A stretch of 64,000 nt of DNA from Desulfatiglandales bacterium (GCA_963662465.1 OY759599.1:5792001-5856000), one strand, 5' to 3'. Positions 8,912 to 18,688 are shown, numbered from the stretch's first letter. Numbers and translations are program-made. Notes: generated by a model from the sequence alone, not told the origin.

Positions 8912-11218
8912 ATGATCGACTGGAACAACATTGCTACGGAATGGTTGAGCGACTATGCCGCCATGGGCGTTTTCGTGGTGGACAAGGGGTTGAAGATTCG
9001 GTTCTGGAACCGGTGGATGGCCCATCACACGGGGAAAAGCGCTCGATCCGTGATGGGAAAATCCCTTTTTTCCATTTGCCCCGAAATCGAGACCCGGGGA
9101 AACGCCCGGTACTACGAGGAGGCGCTTTCCGGTAAATCTTCCATCCTGTCCCAACGGTTTCACGGCTATTTAATTCCCATGGCCGCTGATTGCGGTCAAA
9201 GCCTGTTTGAGTGCATGCAGCAGACCACCCAGATTGCGCCCCTCAACCTGGGTGGCGATGTCCTCAGCATCGTCACCATTATCGAGGACGTCACTGAGCG
9301 CATGGAACGGGAACAGGATTTGACCGTGTCCGAGCGCCGTTATCGGACGCTGGTGGAAAACGCCCGAGACCCCATTTTTGTGCTTCAGGATGAACACTTG
9401 GCGGAATCTAATCCCGCGGCGAGAGACCTTTTTGGGCTTTCAGGGGATCCTGGTGAAAAGGAGATGGATTTCCAGCGGTTTATGGTGTCAATCGATCCTC
9501 TGTTCGTACCCCGGTTTCGCCAACGCTATGATGATCGAATGGCCGGCAAACCGGTCTCGGATTTGTTCATCTATCCCCTCAAGGATCAGGATGGGATGAA
9601 GCGATGGATCGAGTGCAACAGCGTCCTGATTGACTGGGAAGGGCACCCGGCGGTTCTGGTCATGGGCCGGGACATCACCCGCCGGAAAAAAGCCGAAAAA
9701 GCCCTGTTCGAGGAACGCAACCGGCTGGCGGTGACCCTTCGCTCCATCGGCGACGGGGTAATTGCCACGGATACGAAGGGAAATGTGGTGTTGATCAACC
9801 GGGCCGCCGAGGAGATGACGGGCTGGTCCTTTGAAGAAGCGCTGAACAAACCCCTCCTTCAGGTTTTTCCCATCATTAACCAGAACACGCGAAAGCCCTG
9901 TGAAAACCCGGTGGAAAAGGTCCTGGAAACGGGCCTGGTGGTGGGGCTGGCCAATCACACGGTTCTGATGGCCAAAGACGGCAGGGAGCGCATGATCGCC
10001 GACAGCGGCAGCCCCATCAAGGACCGGGAAGGCAATATCTACGGCGTGGTGCTGGTATTTCAGGATGTCACCGAGAAACACCGGATGGAAGCGGACCTGG
10101 CCCGCACCCGGAACCTGGAATCCCTCGGCGTTCTGGCCGGGGGTATTGCCCACGATTTCAACAATATTCTGGCGGTTATCCTGGGTAACCTGGATCTGGT
10201 GAAGATGGATCTGAACCCTGGGAGTGACGGGTATGAATGTACCGGGGAGGCGGAGCAGGCGGTGCAGCAGGCCAAGGCCCTGGCCCGGCAGCTTCTGACC
10301 TTTGCCAGGGGAGGCACGCCGGTCAAGAAGACGGCCGTATTGTCGGACGCCATTCGAGAGTCCTGCTCCTTTGTGGTTCGTGGGTCCAACATTAAATGCG
10401 AATACGCCATTAACGAGGATCTCTGGCCCGTGGATGCGGATATTGAACAGATCGGCCAGGTTTTGAACAATCTCTTCATCAACGCCAGGCAGGCCATGCC
10501 GGAGGGGGGATGTATTCAGGTGGTCGCTCGAAACGATATTCTGGACGGGTCTTCCCTTCCTCTCAAGCCCGGACGGTTTGTCTCCGTGATTATTAAGGAT
10601 GAAGGGGTGGGCATTCCCGAGAGCCATTTGGCACGGATTTTCGACCCCTATTTCACCACCAAGCAGACTGGCAGCGGCCTGGGTTTGGCCACCAGCCATT
10701 CCATCATTGCCAAGCATGGGGGGCATATTTCAGTCGTTTCTCAGCCGGGCCGGGGGACCGCCTTTACCATTTATCTGCCGGCATCCGACAAGTTGTTGGT
10801 GGATAAAACGGTTTCTCGGGAAACGGCTCCGCCCAAAGGAACGGGAACCGTGCTGGTGATGGATGATGACGCGGGAATTTGTAAAATGGCGGCCCGCCAA
10901 TTGGAAAAACTGGGGTATTACGCTTTTATTGCTAAAGACGGCAAAGAAGCCATTGCCATGTATCAAAAGGCCATGGAAGAGGGATCACCCTTTGCCGCCG
11001 TGATCATGGATCTGACCATTCCCGGCGGTATGGGCGGGAAAGAGGCCGTCGGACAATTGCTGAAGCTCGACCCAAAGGCCGTGGTCCTGGTTTCCAGCGG
11101 CTACGCCAACGACCCGGTAATCGCCAATTGTACGGCGTACGGATTCAAGGGGGCCGTACCCAAACCCTTTACCCTGAAGGAGCTGGGACAGGCACTTGAG
11201 GTGGTGCTGAAAAAATGA
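8912..11218 (+). CDS. Soluble hybrid sensor histidine kinase (3 PAS, HisKA, HATPase, receiver)
   Basis: AHDFNN H-box, NARQAM, DEGVGI, FTTK, GSGLGL; C-terminal receiver VIMDLTIPGG. Confidence 0.95.
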   Translation: MIDWNNIATEWLSDYAAMGVFVVDKGLKIRFWNRWMAHHTGKSARSVMGKSLFSICPEIETRGNARYYEEALSGKSSILSQRFHGYLIPMAADCGQSLFECMQQTTQIAPLNLGGDVLSIVTIIEDVTERMEREQDLTVSERRYRTLVENARDPIFVLQDEHLAESNPAARDLFGLSGDPGEKEMDFQRFMVSIDPLFVPRFRQRYDDRMAGKPVSDLFIYPLKDQDGMKRWIECNSVLIDWEGHPAVLVMGRDITRRKKAEKALFEERNRLAVTLRSIGDGVIATDTKGNVVLINRAAEEMTGWSFEEALNKPLLQVFPIINQNTRKPCENPVEKVLETGLVVGLANHTVLMAKDGRERMIADSGSPIKDREGNIYGVVLVFQDVTEKHRMEADLARTRNLESLGVLAGGIAHDFNNILAVILGNLDLVKMDLNPGSDGYECTGEAEQAVQQAKALARQLLTFARGGTPVKKTAVLSDAIRESCSFVVRGSNIKCEYAINEDLWPVDADIEQIGQVLNNLFINARQAMPEGGCIQVVARNDILDGSSLPLKPGRFVSVIIKDEGVGIPESHLARIFDPYFTTKQTGSGLGLATSHSIIAKHGGHISVVSQPGRGTAFTIYLPASDKLLVDKTVSRETAPPKGTGTVLVMDDDAGICKMAARQLEKLGYYAFIAKDGKEAIAMYQKAMEEGSPFAAVIMDLTIPGGMGGKEAVGQLLKLDPKAVVLVSSGYANDPVIANCTAYGFKGAVPKPFTLKELGQALEVVLKK

Positions 11219-11220
11219 AG

Positions 11221-11239
11221 GGTTACCGGTTTACGGTTG
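11221..11239. repeat. Short CGGTTTA-type heptamer remnant after kinase stop
   Basis: ggttaccggtttacggttg, identical to part of the 5972-6081 left arm. Confidence 0.7.
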
Positions 11240-11334
11240 GCGAAAAAGATAAAATCAACAATTTGATGAAAATCTACAAAATAGCAATCCCAATCGAGCT
11301 ATTGAGCGATCTTGACAAGAGTCTATAAATTCAG

Positions 11335-11874
11335 TCAATTCTGATGGTTCCCCCCAAATTCGTTATAATCAGAATTTTTTTCTACAATAGCCTTCAGATC
11401 TTTGAGCATCAGAAATAAGTGGAATGGGTCGGTGGGGCTGGGCTCGAATTCCCAGTCAATATACCACTGGCGGGCTGCATCATTTTTTGCGTGTACAATT
11501 AATGCACGAATGCCTACGATATCAGATACCTGCAAAGTCCGAAGCAACACATCCTTGAGCAGGGCATGTCCCAGACCTTTTTTTTGATGCGCTTTATCCA
11601 CCGCCAGGCGCGCCAGGATCATCACCGGCACAGGGTAACGCGCCAAACCCTTCACCACTCTATGCGGTGCTTCCTGGTGTTCAACACTCCCCACTGTCAA
11701 GCTGTAGAAGCCCACGACGTCACCATTTTTGCAGCAGACGTATGTTTGTGCGCTTCCGGCTTTCTGATTTACCAGCGCATAACGCTGCAAAAACTGATTT
11801 AAGTCCGGCTGATTACAGTCGAAAAATTCAACTGAATCTACTGCACTGAGTTTATGTATGGATTCATGTCCCAA
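11335..11874 (-). CDS. GNAT acetyltransferase toxin (TacT/AtaT/ItaT family)
   Basis: FDCNQPDLNQFL, GFYSL, PVMILARLAVD, GLGHALL, VHAKND; downstream of DUF1778 gene. Confidence 0.9.
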   Translation of the reverse strand: MGHESIHKLSAVDSVEFFDCNQPDLNQFLQRYALVNQKAGSAQTYVCCKNGDVVGFYSLTVGSVEHQEAPHRVVKGLARYPVPVMILARLAVDKAHQKKGLGHALLKDVLLRTLQVSDIVGIRALIVHAKNDAARQWYIDWEFEPSPTDPFHLFLMLKDLKAIVEKNSDYNEFGGNHQN

Positions 11875-11879
11875 AGTGA

Positions 11880-12158
11880 TTAATCCAGAACCCCTGGCTG
11901 GGTCAACAATTTCTTAAGGCGGGGTTTAGATTGTATCGGGCGATCTAAAGCTTGCTGGAAAATCTCCCATTGGGCTTTGTCCAGTCCAAAATGGCGTCGA
12001 TCCGCTAATGTTTGGTTGGCCGCTGTGATGCCTGCTTCCAACAAAAACTCGCTTACATTTTTATGGCAGGCACGGGCAGCCTCCTGCAACAATTGTTTGA
12101 CCGCAACGCTTGCGCGCACATCAATTCGTGTCGATTTCGATTGTATTAAACTGGTCAT
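11880..12158 (-). CDS. DUF1778 ribbon-helix-helix antitoxin (TacA family)
   Basis: KSTRIDVRAS..KQLLQEAA..VSEF..ALDRP..PRLKKLL; AAGGAGG RBS. Confidence 0.9.
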   Translation of the reverse strand: MTSLIQSKSTRIDVRASVAVKQLLQEAARACHKNVSEFLLEAGITAANQTLADRRHFGLDKAQWEIFQQALDRPIQSKPRLKKLLTQPGVLD

Positions 12159-12184
12159 GAGTACCTCCTTTCATCCATATTGAG

Positions 12185-12213
12185 AGCATAGCGTACGGAC
12201 AATGTTATGACAA
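12185..12213 (-). promoter_or_regulatory. Putative sigma70 promoter of the TA operon
   Basis: Minus strand TTGTCA-17 nt-TATGCT upstream of antitoxin start. Confidence 0.6.
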
Positions 12214-12250
12214 GCGAAAAATGTATATATAGATCGTCACTTAAATAATT

Positions 12251-13321
12251 TCAAACAAAAAAGCATTTTAGTCCCCATTCCATGCTTTTGCCTTGGGGGT
12301 AAAAAACAGCTTCGGTAGGATCATAGTAGAGGATATTGGCGGATACCAGATCATGCAAAATCGCCTCAAGTTTTGTGTCGGGCAAATCACATTTTGCTTT
12401 CAAGTTAGTCCTGTTCCACACAGCGCAATCCGCAAATAGCTTTAACAATAACGCTTTATCCTGGCTGAACCCGATGTAATCATCAATGATCCCTCTCATG
12501 GAATGCTTGTATTCCGTAAGCGCAACCTCCAAATCCTCATTGAAAAGGTCCGTCAATATCTTTTGTATCTCCCACATACTGCCGCCCACGGCATCCCATA
12601 TCTTCATAATGTCAATCTTTGTGAGTGTGTAGGCTGTAATCTTGCTGTATTTTTCAAGATTCTCCAACCATTCAACGACATTTTCCCTTGACAGATAGTC
12701 CACCCTGAAAAACGATGACGTTTTCTTCAAGCGGCTATCCTTATAAACCGTATCGATAAAATATCCATCAGAAGAGGAGATGACGACATGGGACAGATGA
12801 CTTTCTTTGGTCATGGCAACAAAAAAATTAAAGAGCGCCGTGATCAACTCACGCTGTCCATTCATATAAACCCGATCAAGGGCCTGGAGTTCGTCAATGA
12901 TGATAACCGGCTTGATGCCTTTTTTATTGAGTTTCAGAAATTCCCGTTTCATGACGGAGAACGGATCAACCGTCCCGCTATTCAATCCCTTGAGTACCTC
13001 AACTTTAACTTTGAATACCTTTAAATCATATTCCCGTGTTTCCTTGATGTCTTCTTTGGCTTGGTCATGGTCAACGCCAAAAAACACCTTCAGAAAATCC
13101 TTGTAATCAATCATCAGGATTTCCCTCAGATTGATAAATTTTACATCAAGCCGTTGTTCTGTTTGGATTTTGTTAAAAAATTTATAGAGCAGCGTTGTTT
13201 TCCCAGACGATTTGGGTCCGTGCAGAAACAGTATTTCATTCGGTCGCTTATCAATAAAGTTAGAAAGATATGCCAGCTCTTTCTCTCTATTGATAAACGC
13301 AACATCCTGTTTGTATTTCAT
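12251..13321 (-). CDS. P-loop ATPase of the archaeal ATPase (ATPase_2, STAND-like) family
   Basis: FINREKEL, Walker A GPKSSGKTT, Walker B IIIDELQ; AT-rich relative to flanks. Confidence 0.85.
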   Translation of the reverse strand: MKYKQDVAFINREKELAYLSNFIDKRPNEILFLHGPKSSGKTTLLYKFFNKIQTEQRLDVKFINLREILMIDYKDFLKVFFGVDHDQAKEDIKETREYDLKVFKVKVEVLKGLNSGTVDPFSVMKREFLKLNKKGIKPVIIIDELQALDRVYMNGQRELITALFNFFVAMTKESHLSHVVISSSDGYFIDTVYKDSRLKKTSSFFRVDYLSRENVVEWLENLEKYSKITAYTLTKIDIMKIWDAVGGSMWEIQKILTDLFNEDLEVALTEYKHSMRGIIDDYIGFSQDKALLLKLFADCAVWNRTNLKAKCDLPDTKLEAILHDLVSANILYYDPTEAVFYPQGKSMEWGLKCFFV

Positions 13322-13345
13322 ATCATGTTACCCTGTCTGGTCTTC

Positions 13346-13450
13346 TTTACCATGAAAATACAGCTGTTAGCTGTTAGCCGTTAGCTTAAAAGCGGTAGAT
13401 GTTATTTTCATCTGCGGGGGTGGCAAACCCCCTTGTCATGAGGGTTTACC
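13346..13450 (-). mobile_element. ~100-bp dispersed element (copy A) bounded by GGTAAA direct repeats, with GCTAACA heptamers
   Basis: Reverse complement of the tandem units at 61274-61470. Confidence 0.8.
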
Positions 13451-13457
13451 CCGAGGT

Positions 13458-14579
13458 TTAGGTTTCCAAGGGAACCCGGCCCACCATCGTCAGGTCGTAC
13501 CCTTCAAGGCCCTTAATTTTTTTGGGGTTGTTGGTCAACAACCGCATCTTTTTGACCCCCAGGGCCACCAGTATCTGCGCGCCTACGCCGTAATTCCTCA
13601 AATCCGCTTCCAGACACCCCTCCTTGTGGGCCGCTGAAATTTCCTTCCCGTTTTCTTCAAGGACCTGGTATCGTGCCAGCCTTAATCCTCTTCCTTCCTG
13701 CTGGATGTAGATAATAACCCCCCGCCCTTCCTGTTGGACCATCTCCATGGCTTTGTCCAGCTTGGCCCTGCAATCGCATCTTAAGGAGCTGAAAATATCG
13801 CCGGGGGTACACTGGGAATGGACCCGAACCAGAATCTCCTGTTCCGGATCGATATCCCCCTTGACCAGCACCAGGTGTTCGTGGGCATCAATATCGTTTA
13901 CAAAGGCCAGGGCTTTGAATTCACCGTGGGGCGTGGGCAGAACGGTTTCCGCGGCCTGATGTACGAAGGATTCCGTACGCATTCGGTACTCGATGATATC
14001 CGCCACGCTGGCGATCTTCAGCCCGTGTTTTTCGGCAAAGATCTCCAGATCCGGCATTCGGGCCATGGTGCCGTCGTCCTTCATGATTTCACAGATGACG
14101 CCCGCGGGTTTCAAACCCGCCAGGCGTGCCAGGTCCACGGACCCTTCGGTTTGTCCGGTCCTGAACAGCACGCCGCCGCGGCGTGCCCGCAGGGGAAATA
14201 CGTGACCCGGCTGAACCAGGTCCTGGGGACCGGCGTCATCGGCCACGGCGACCTGGATGGTTCGGGCCCGGTCACCGGCGGATATGCCGGTGGTGACCCC
14301 GGTCCGTGCCTCGATGGATACGGTAAAGGCCGTCTCAAAGGGGGAGCAGTTGTCGCTGACCATCTGGGGCAGTTTCAATTTTTCCAACAGGTGTGCCGCC
14401 ATGGGGAGGCAGATGAGCCCTCTTCCGTAAGTGGCCATGAAATTGATGGCTTCGGGGGTGGTTTTTTCAGCGGCCATGGTCAGGTCGCCTTCGTTTTCCC
14501 GGTCTTCATCGTCCACCAAAATGATCATCTTTCCCTGTTTCAGGTCTTCCAACACTTCTTCTATGGTTGCTAAAGGCAT
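13458..14579 (-). CDS. ribBA: DHBP synthase fused to a divergent GTP cyclohydrolase II-like domain (RibBA/RibBX type)
   Basis: DDEDRENEGD, AFTVSIEA, PGHVFPL, GQTEGSVDL; RVHSQC..RCDC, LLTNNPKK. Confidence 0.9.
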   Translation of the reverse strand: MPLATIEEVLEDLKQGKMIILVDDEDRENEGDLTMAAEKTTPEAINFMATYGRGLICLPMAAHLLEKLKLPQMVSDNCSPFETAFTVSIEARTGVTTGISAGDRARTIQVAVADDAGPQDLVQPGHVFPLRARRGGVLFRTGQTEGSVDLARLAGLKPAGVICEIMKDDGTMARMPDLEIFAEKHGLKIASVADIIEYRMRTESFVHQAAETVLPTPHGEFKALAFVNDIDAHEHLVLVKGDIDPEQEILVRVHSQCTPGDIFSSLRCDCRAKLDKAMEMVQQEGRGVIIYIQQEGRGLRLARYQVLEENGKEISAAHKEGCLEADLRNYGVGAQILVALGVKKMRLLTNNPKKIKGLEGYDLTMVGRVPLET

Positions 14580-14642
14580 GATATTAAAATCTCCAATTTC
14601 TTATGAATTAATCGTAAACCGGCAAAACCGAAACCGTAAGGG

Positions 14643-16676
14643 TTATGACACCCCCATAAGCGTTTCAGCTTTCTTGACCACGGTTTCAATGGTAAAACCA
14701 AAGGCCTTGAAAAGTTCTTTGGCGGGCGCTGAAGCCCCAAACCGATTCATTCCGATGATGGCGCCGTGAAGGCCGGTGTAGCGATCCCAGCCGAAGGGGC
14801 TTGCGGCCTCCACCGCCAGGCGTGCCGTCACATCCGGGGGAAGCACCTGCTCCCGGTATGCCTTGGGTTGGGCTTCGAACCGTTCCCATGAGGGCATGTT
14901 CACGATGCGTACCTTGACGCCCCGGGCCGTTAATTGCTCATAAGCGCCGATAATGAGATGCACTTCGGCGCCGGTGGCCATCAGGATCAGATCGGGCTTT
15001 CCGTCCGTGGCATCCGCCAGTACGTAGGCCCCCTTATCAAGTTCCCCGGCCGATGTGTAGCGCGTGCGGTCAATGACCGGGAGGCCCTGGCGGCTCAGGA
15101 TCAGGGCGCAGGGGCCGTCCTGCCGGGTCAAGGCCACCTTCCAGGCCTCCACCGTTTCCTCTGCGTCGGCGGGCCGGATCACCATCATGTTGGGAATGGC
15201 CCGAAGGCTCGCCAGATGTTCAATGGGCTGATGGGTGGGGCCGTCTTCCCCAAGGCCAATGGAGTCGTGGGTAAACACGTAGATGACCGGAAGCCCCATG
15301 AGGGCGGCCAGTCGAATGGCAGGGCGCATATAGTCGGAAAATACCAGAAATGTGCCGCCATAGGGGATGAGGGCTTTGCTAAGGGCCATCCCGTTGAGGA
15401 TTGCGCCCATGGCATGTTCCCGTATGCCGAAGCGGATATTGGGACCGCCGGCCTCTTTAAATTCCTCAAATCCTTTCAGAAAGGTATTGTTTGAGGGGGC
15501 AAGATCGGCGGAGCCGCCCACAAGCCCGGGCAGGTAAGGCTTGACCGCCGCCAATGCCTGGCCGGAAGCTTTTCGCGTGGCGATGTTTCCCTGGGTCACG
15601 TCAAAATGGGGCAAGGCTTCGGCCCATTTTGATGGGTCCGGCGTTCCATGCATCATTTGCCATTCTTCGGCAAGTTCGGGGTGCTTTTTTTGATAATCGG
15701 CGTAAAGGGCCAACCAATCTTTTTCCAGTTCGGCGCCCCGTTTCAGGGCACGGCGAAAAACGGCAAGGGCCTCTTCGGGGACCAGAAAGCTCGGCACTTC
15801 GGGCCAGTCGCAGTTTTTCTTGGTCAGCAAGACTTCTTCAGTGCCCAGGGGCGCTCCGTGGGCATCCGGGGTATCCTGTTTGTTGGGACTGCCCCATGCG
15901 ATATGGGTCCTGGCAATAATGAGAGACGGCCGTGTTGTGTCCCCTTTGGCGTTAGTCAGGGCCTGGTTTATGCCGGGCATATCATACCCATCCACCCGCT
16001 GAACCTGCCACTTGTAGGCCTCAAAACGACGTGCCACATCTTCGGTAAAAGTGATGCCGGTAGTGCCCTCGATGGTAATTTTGTTGTCCAAATAAATGTA
16101 AACGAGCTTTCCCAGGCCCAGATCCCCCGCCATGGAGGCCGCTTCCGATGAAAGGCCTTCCATCATATCGCCATCGCTGACCAGGGCATAAATATAATGG
16201 TCCACCAGGGGAAATTCAGGCTTGTTGAAGCGGCGTGCAAGAAACCGTTCCGCCATGGCCATTCCGACGCCGGTGGCAAACCCCTGACCCAGGGGACCCG
16301 TGGTGGTTTCAACACCGGGAGCGCAACCGTATTCCGGGTGGCCCGGCGTGGGACTCTCCCACTGACGGAAGTTTTTCAGATCTTCCAGGGAAAGACCGTA
16401 GCCCGTCAGATGAAGCATGGCATAGAGCAGCATGGACCCGTGTCCGGCGGACAGGACGAATCGATCTCGGTTGGGCCATTGGGGATTTACGGGATTATAA
16501 TTCATGGCGCCCGTCCACAGCACATAGGCCAGTTCAGAGGCTTCCATGGGCATTCCCGGGTGCCCTGAGTTAGCCTTTTGTACGCCATCCACCGCAAGAA
16601 ACCGGATGGTGTTGATGCATTTTTTTTCTAATTCGTCAGAGATGTTCGTCTGTCCATTTGAGGCATTTGTGATCAT
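14643..16676 (-). CDS. tkt: Transketolase
   Basis: [46 protein letters not shown]. Confidence 0.98.
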   Translation of the reverse strand: MITNASNGQTNISDELEKKCINTIRFLAVDGVQKANSGHPGMPMEASELAYVLWTGAMNYNPVNPQWPNRDRFVLSAGHGSMLLYAMLHLTGYGLSLEDLKNFRQWESPTPGHPEYGCAPGVETTTGPLGQGFATGVGMAMAERFLARRFNKPEFPLVDHYIYALVSDGDMMEGLSSEAASMAGDLGLGKLVYIYLDNKITIEGTTGITFTEDVARRFEAYKWQVQRVDGYDMPGINQALTNAKGDTTRPSLIIARTHIAWGSPNKQDTPDAHGAPLGTEEVLLTKKNCDWPEVPSFLVPEEALAVFRRALKRGAELEKDWLALYADYQKKHPELAEEWQMMHGTPDPSKWAEALPHFDVTQGNIATRKASGQALAAVKPYLPGLVGGSADLAPSNNTFLKGFEEFKEAGGPNIRFGIREHAMGAILNGMALSKALIPYGGTFLVFSDYMRPAIRLAALMGLPVIYVFTHDSIGLGEDGPTHQPIEHLASLRAIPNMMVIRPADAEETVEAWKVALTRQDGPCALILSRQGLPVIDRTRYTSAGELDKGAYVLADATDGKPDLILMATGAEVHLIIGAYEQLTARGVKVRIVNMPSWERFEAQPKAYREQVLPPDVTARLAVEAASPFGWDRYTGLHGAIIGMNRFGASAPAKELFKAFGFTIETVVKKAETLMGVS

Positions 16677-16700
16677 TTATGATTCCTCTTTCCATTAGAT

Positions 16701-17318
16701 TCAGTTTTCTTGTGCTTCATCTTCGTCCCCGGCAAATGCCAGGGCCATTTCAAAGGCGGACCGGGTAAAGGTCAGGACCCGTTGATATTCCTCGTCGGAA
16801 AGTTTTCTGGCGACGTCATGACCTCGATAGATATTGACAAACTGCCTTTCCCGTTCCAATTGAACCGGCAGTCGCCCCAGACCCCATTTTTCAAGGATTT
16901 CCCATATTTCGGGGTTGTAGGTTCGGGTTAGCTTGATGATAAAGGGGATGGGATCATGACGCGCCAGCAACGCCGCCAGCCGCAGAATCAATTCAAAGGA
17001 AAGGGTTGCCGCGCCGTTTTCAACGGCCGCCAGAATTGATTCGTCGGCCAGTCGAATGGTTTGGCTCACATCTTTCCGGGTCAACCCCGCAACTTCGCGC
17101 AAATCTTTCAGGTAGGCCCCGGCCTCTTCAATCATTTTACGCCGATCGGGAGAATTCAGAACGGCCTTTCCAACCAGTTCCGAAACCATCGCCCCCTTAG
17201 AGACCAATTTCACGGCAGCGGACGTCATGCTGAGCAACATTTTGACAAGGGACCGTTCATCCTTGGGATAAGGTTCCAGTATCTCGTCGGGAATTTCAGG
17301 TGTTTCTGGTTTCATCAT
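16701..17318 (-). CDS. XRE-type helix-turn-helix domain protein
   Basis: YLKDLREVAGLTRKDVS..VENG..LSFE; start overlaps upstream stop. Confidence 0.65.
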   Translation of the reverse strand: MMKPETPEIPDEILEPYPKDERSLVKMLLSMTSAAVKLVSKGAMVSELVGKAVLNSPDRRKMIEEAGAYLKDLREVAGLTRKDVSQTIRLADESILAAVENGAATLSFELILRLAALLARHDPIPFIIKLTRTYNPEIWEILEKWGLGRLPVQLERERQFVNIYRGHDVARKLSDEEYQRVLTFTRSAFEMALAFAGDEDEAQEN

Positions 17319-17959
17319 GTTTTTTCAAGGATCAGCACATCCACTTTGCCCTCAAGGGCCTTTTTGAAGGCAACAGCATCCTGGTCGTTGCCCACAATGG
17401 CGCCATAGTGCATGGGGATGGCGAGTTTCGGTTTAATGGCAAGGGCGGCCTTTACGGCCTGATCCGCCGTCATGACATAGGTTCCTGATACCGGCAGCAG
17501 GGCAATGTCCACGTTCAGGTCTTTCATCTCGGGAATAAAATCCGTATCGCCCGCATGATATATTCGGACCCCCGCCACCTCAACAACAAATCCCAGCCAG
17601 CCGTTCTTCCTCGGATGAAAATCCTTATCCGTGTTGTATGACGGTACGGCTTGGATTTTTACACCGTCCAGGTTCAGGGTTTCTCCCGGCTTCAGCACCC
17701 TCACGTCCCCCGTCAATTTTTCAGCCGAATCCTTTTCGGTCACAAGGATCGTTTGAGGGCCTTGAATTTGGGCCACATCTTCCGGCGAACAATGGTCAAA
17801 ATGGTCATGAGAAATCAAAATCAAGTCCGCTGTAGGACCCCCTTCAATTTGGTATGGGTCAAAATAGATGATTTTATCATTGTCGATTCGAAATCCATCA
17901 TGCCCCAGCCAGTGAATTTTTTCAGCAAAAGATTCTATCATATTCACGTCCTCCGCCAA
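17315..17959 (-). CDS. MBL-fold metallo-hydrolase (UPF0173/UlaG-like)
   Basis: WLGHDGF, SHDHFDH, YHAGDT, IPMHYG. Confidence 0.9.
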   Translation of the reverse strand: MAEDVNMIESFAEKIHWLGHDGFRIDNDKIIYFDPYQIEGGPTADLILISHDHFDHCSPEDVAQIQGPQTILVTEKDSAEKLTGDVRVLKPGETLNLDGVKIQAVPSYNTDKDFHPRKNGWLGFVVEVAGVRIYHAGDTDFIPEMKDLNVDIALLPVSGTYVMTADQAVKAALAIKPKLAIPMHYGAIVGNDQDAVAFKKALEGKVDVLILEKT

Positions 17960-18028
17960 TTTGCGCGTGGGTTAGCACCTTATTTCCTAAAAACCTATCA
18001 CAAAAAACAAGAAATTCATTGATAGAAC

Positions 18029-18058
18029 AACTTAAAACTTAAAACTGCGGCTTGCCGC
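18029..18058 (-). terminator. GCGGCAAGCCGC mini-hairpin followed by TTTTAAG heptamers
   Basis: Begins at the cooT stop; same motif at 29935, 51005, 59863. Confidence 0.55.
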
Positions 18059-18246
18059 TAATAAGGTTCCAAAACGATTTTATGGTCCACCAGTGAAAAT
18101 TGTTTAATTCTGGCGCGAATTTTCTTTGCATCGCCAAAAATATCCACCAGTTTGATTTCATTGTCGCGATTTTCCAAGGCATCCACATCCTCAAAAAACA
18201 TCTCTTCCTTTCCATTTTTCAAAATATAGGCTGTTGATTCACACAT
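18058..18246 (-). CDS. CooT-family nickel-binding protein
   Basis: MCESTAY N-terminus, DIFG, LVDHKIVL; GGAGG RBS. Confidence 0.85.
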   Translation of the reverse strand: MCESTAYILKNGKEEMFFEDVDALENRDNEIKLVDIFGDAKKIRARIKQFSLVDHKIVLEPY

Positions 18247-18688
18247 GCTGATTTACCTCCTGTAAGATCTCTTGCACGATATTGACGGCCTGGTTTACCA
18301 GATGAGGCAAAGGCTCCCTGGAAACGCCCACGATCTTTATCTTTTCCTGAGTCAGGGGAATTAAGATCTTTCTGGCTGGGCTGGAGCTGACGGCCGTTGC
18401 CATTTGGGGGGTTAGTTCACCCATCATGGCATTGGCCATCAAAATGGAGACCGGCCCGATAATCACATCTACCCTTTGACTGGTGTGAACAATGGCATTT
18501 TCCCCGGACCCGCCCCGGTTGGCGCCGGCCTTCATCATCCTGGAAGTGGCAATGGAATTGGTGCCCAGGGCCAGAATTTCCAAATCGAGGCCCATGGAAG
18601 TCCTGAGCCCTTTAATAAGGGTTGCGCCGATGCCGCCCCCCTGTCCGTCCAAAACCATAATTTTCACGGTTCTACCCTCACGTTGCAT
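18239..18688 (-). CDS. DUF3842 family protein (start uncertain; ORF open to 18745)
   Basis: VLDGQGGGIG, ALGTNSIAT..M.KAGA..G.SGENA, MMGELT. Confidence 0.8.
   Translation of the reverse strand: MQREGRTVKIMVLDGQGGGIGATLIKGLRTSMGLDLEILALGTNSIATSRMMKAGANRGGSGENAIVHTSQRVDVIIGPVSILMANAMMGELTPQMATAVSSSPARKILIPLTQEKIKIVGVSREPLPHLVNQAVNIVQEILQEVNQHV

Noticed and set aside
9488..10726. Long antisense ORFs (also 6816-7787, 53826-54935, 41473-42204)
   Set aside because: Shadows of well-supported genes on the other strand; no recognisable motifs
11312..11340. TTGACA as a promoter antisense to the toxin
   Set aside because: No convincing -10 at 16-18 nt spacing
14580..14642. FMN riboswitch ahead of ribBA
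   Set aside because: Gap is only 63 bp and holds a heptamer remnant, no RFN motifs
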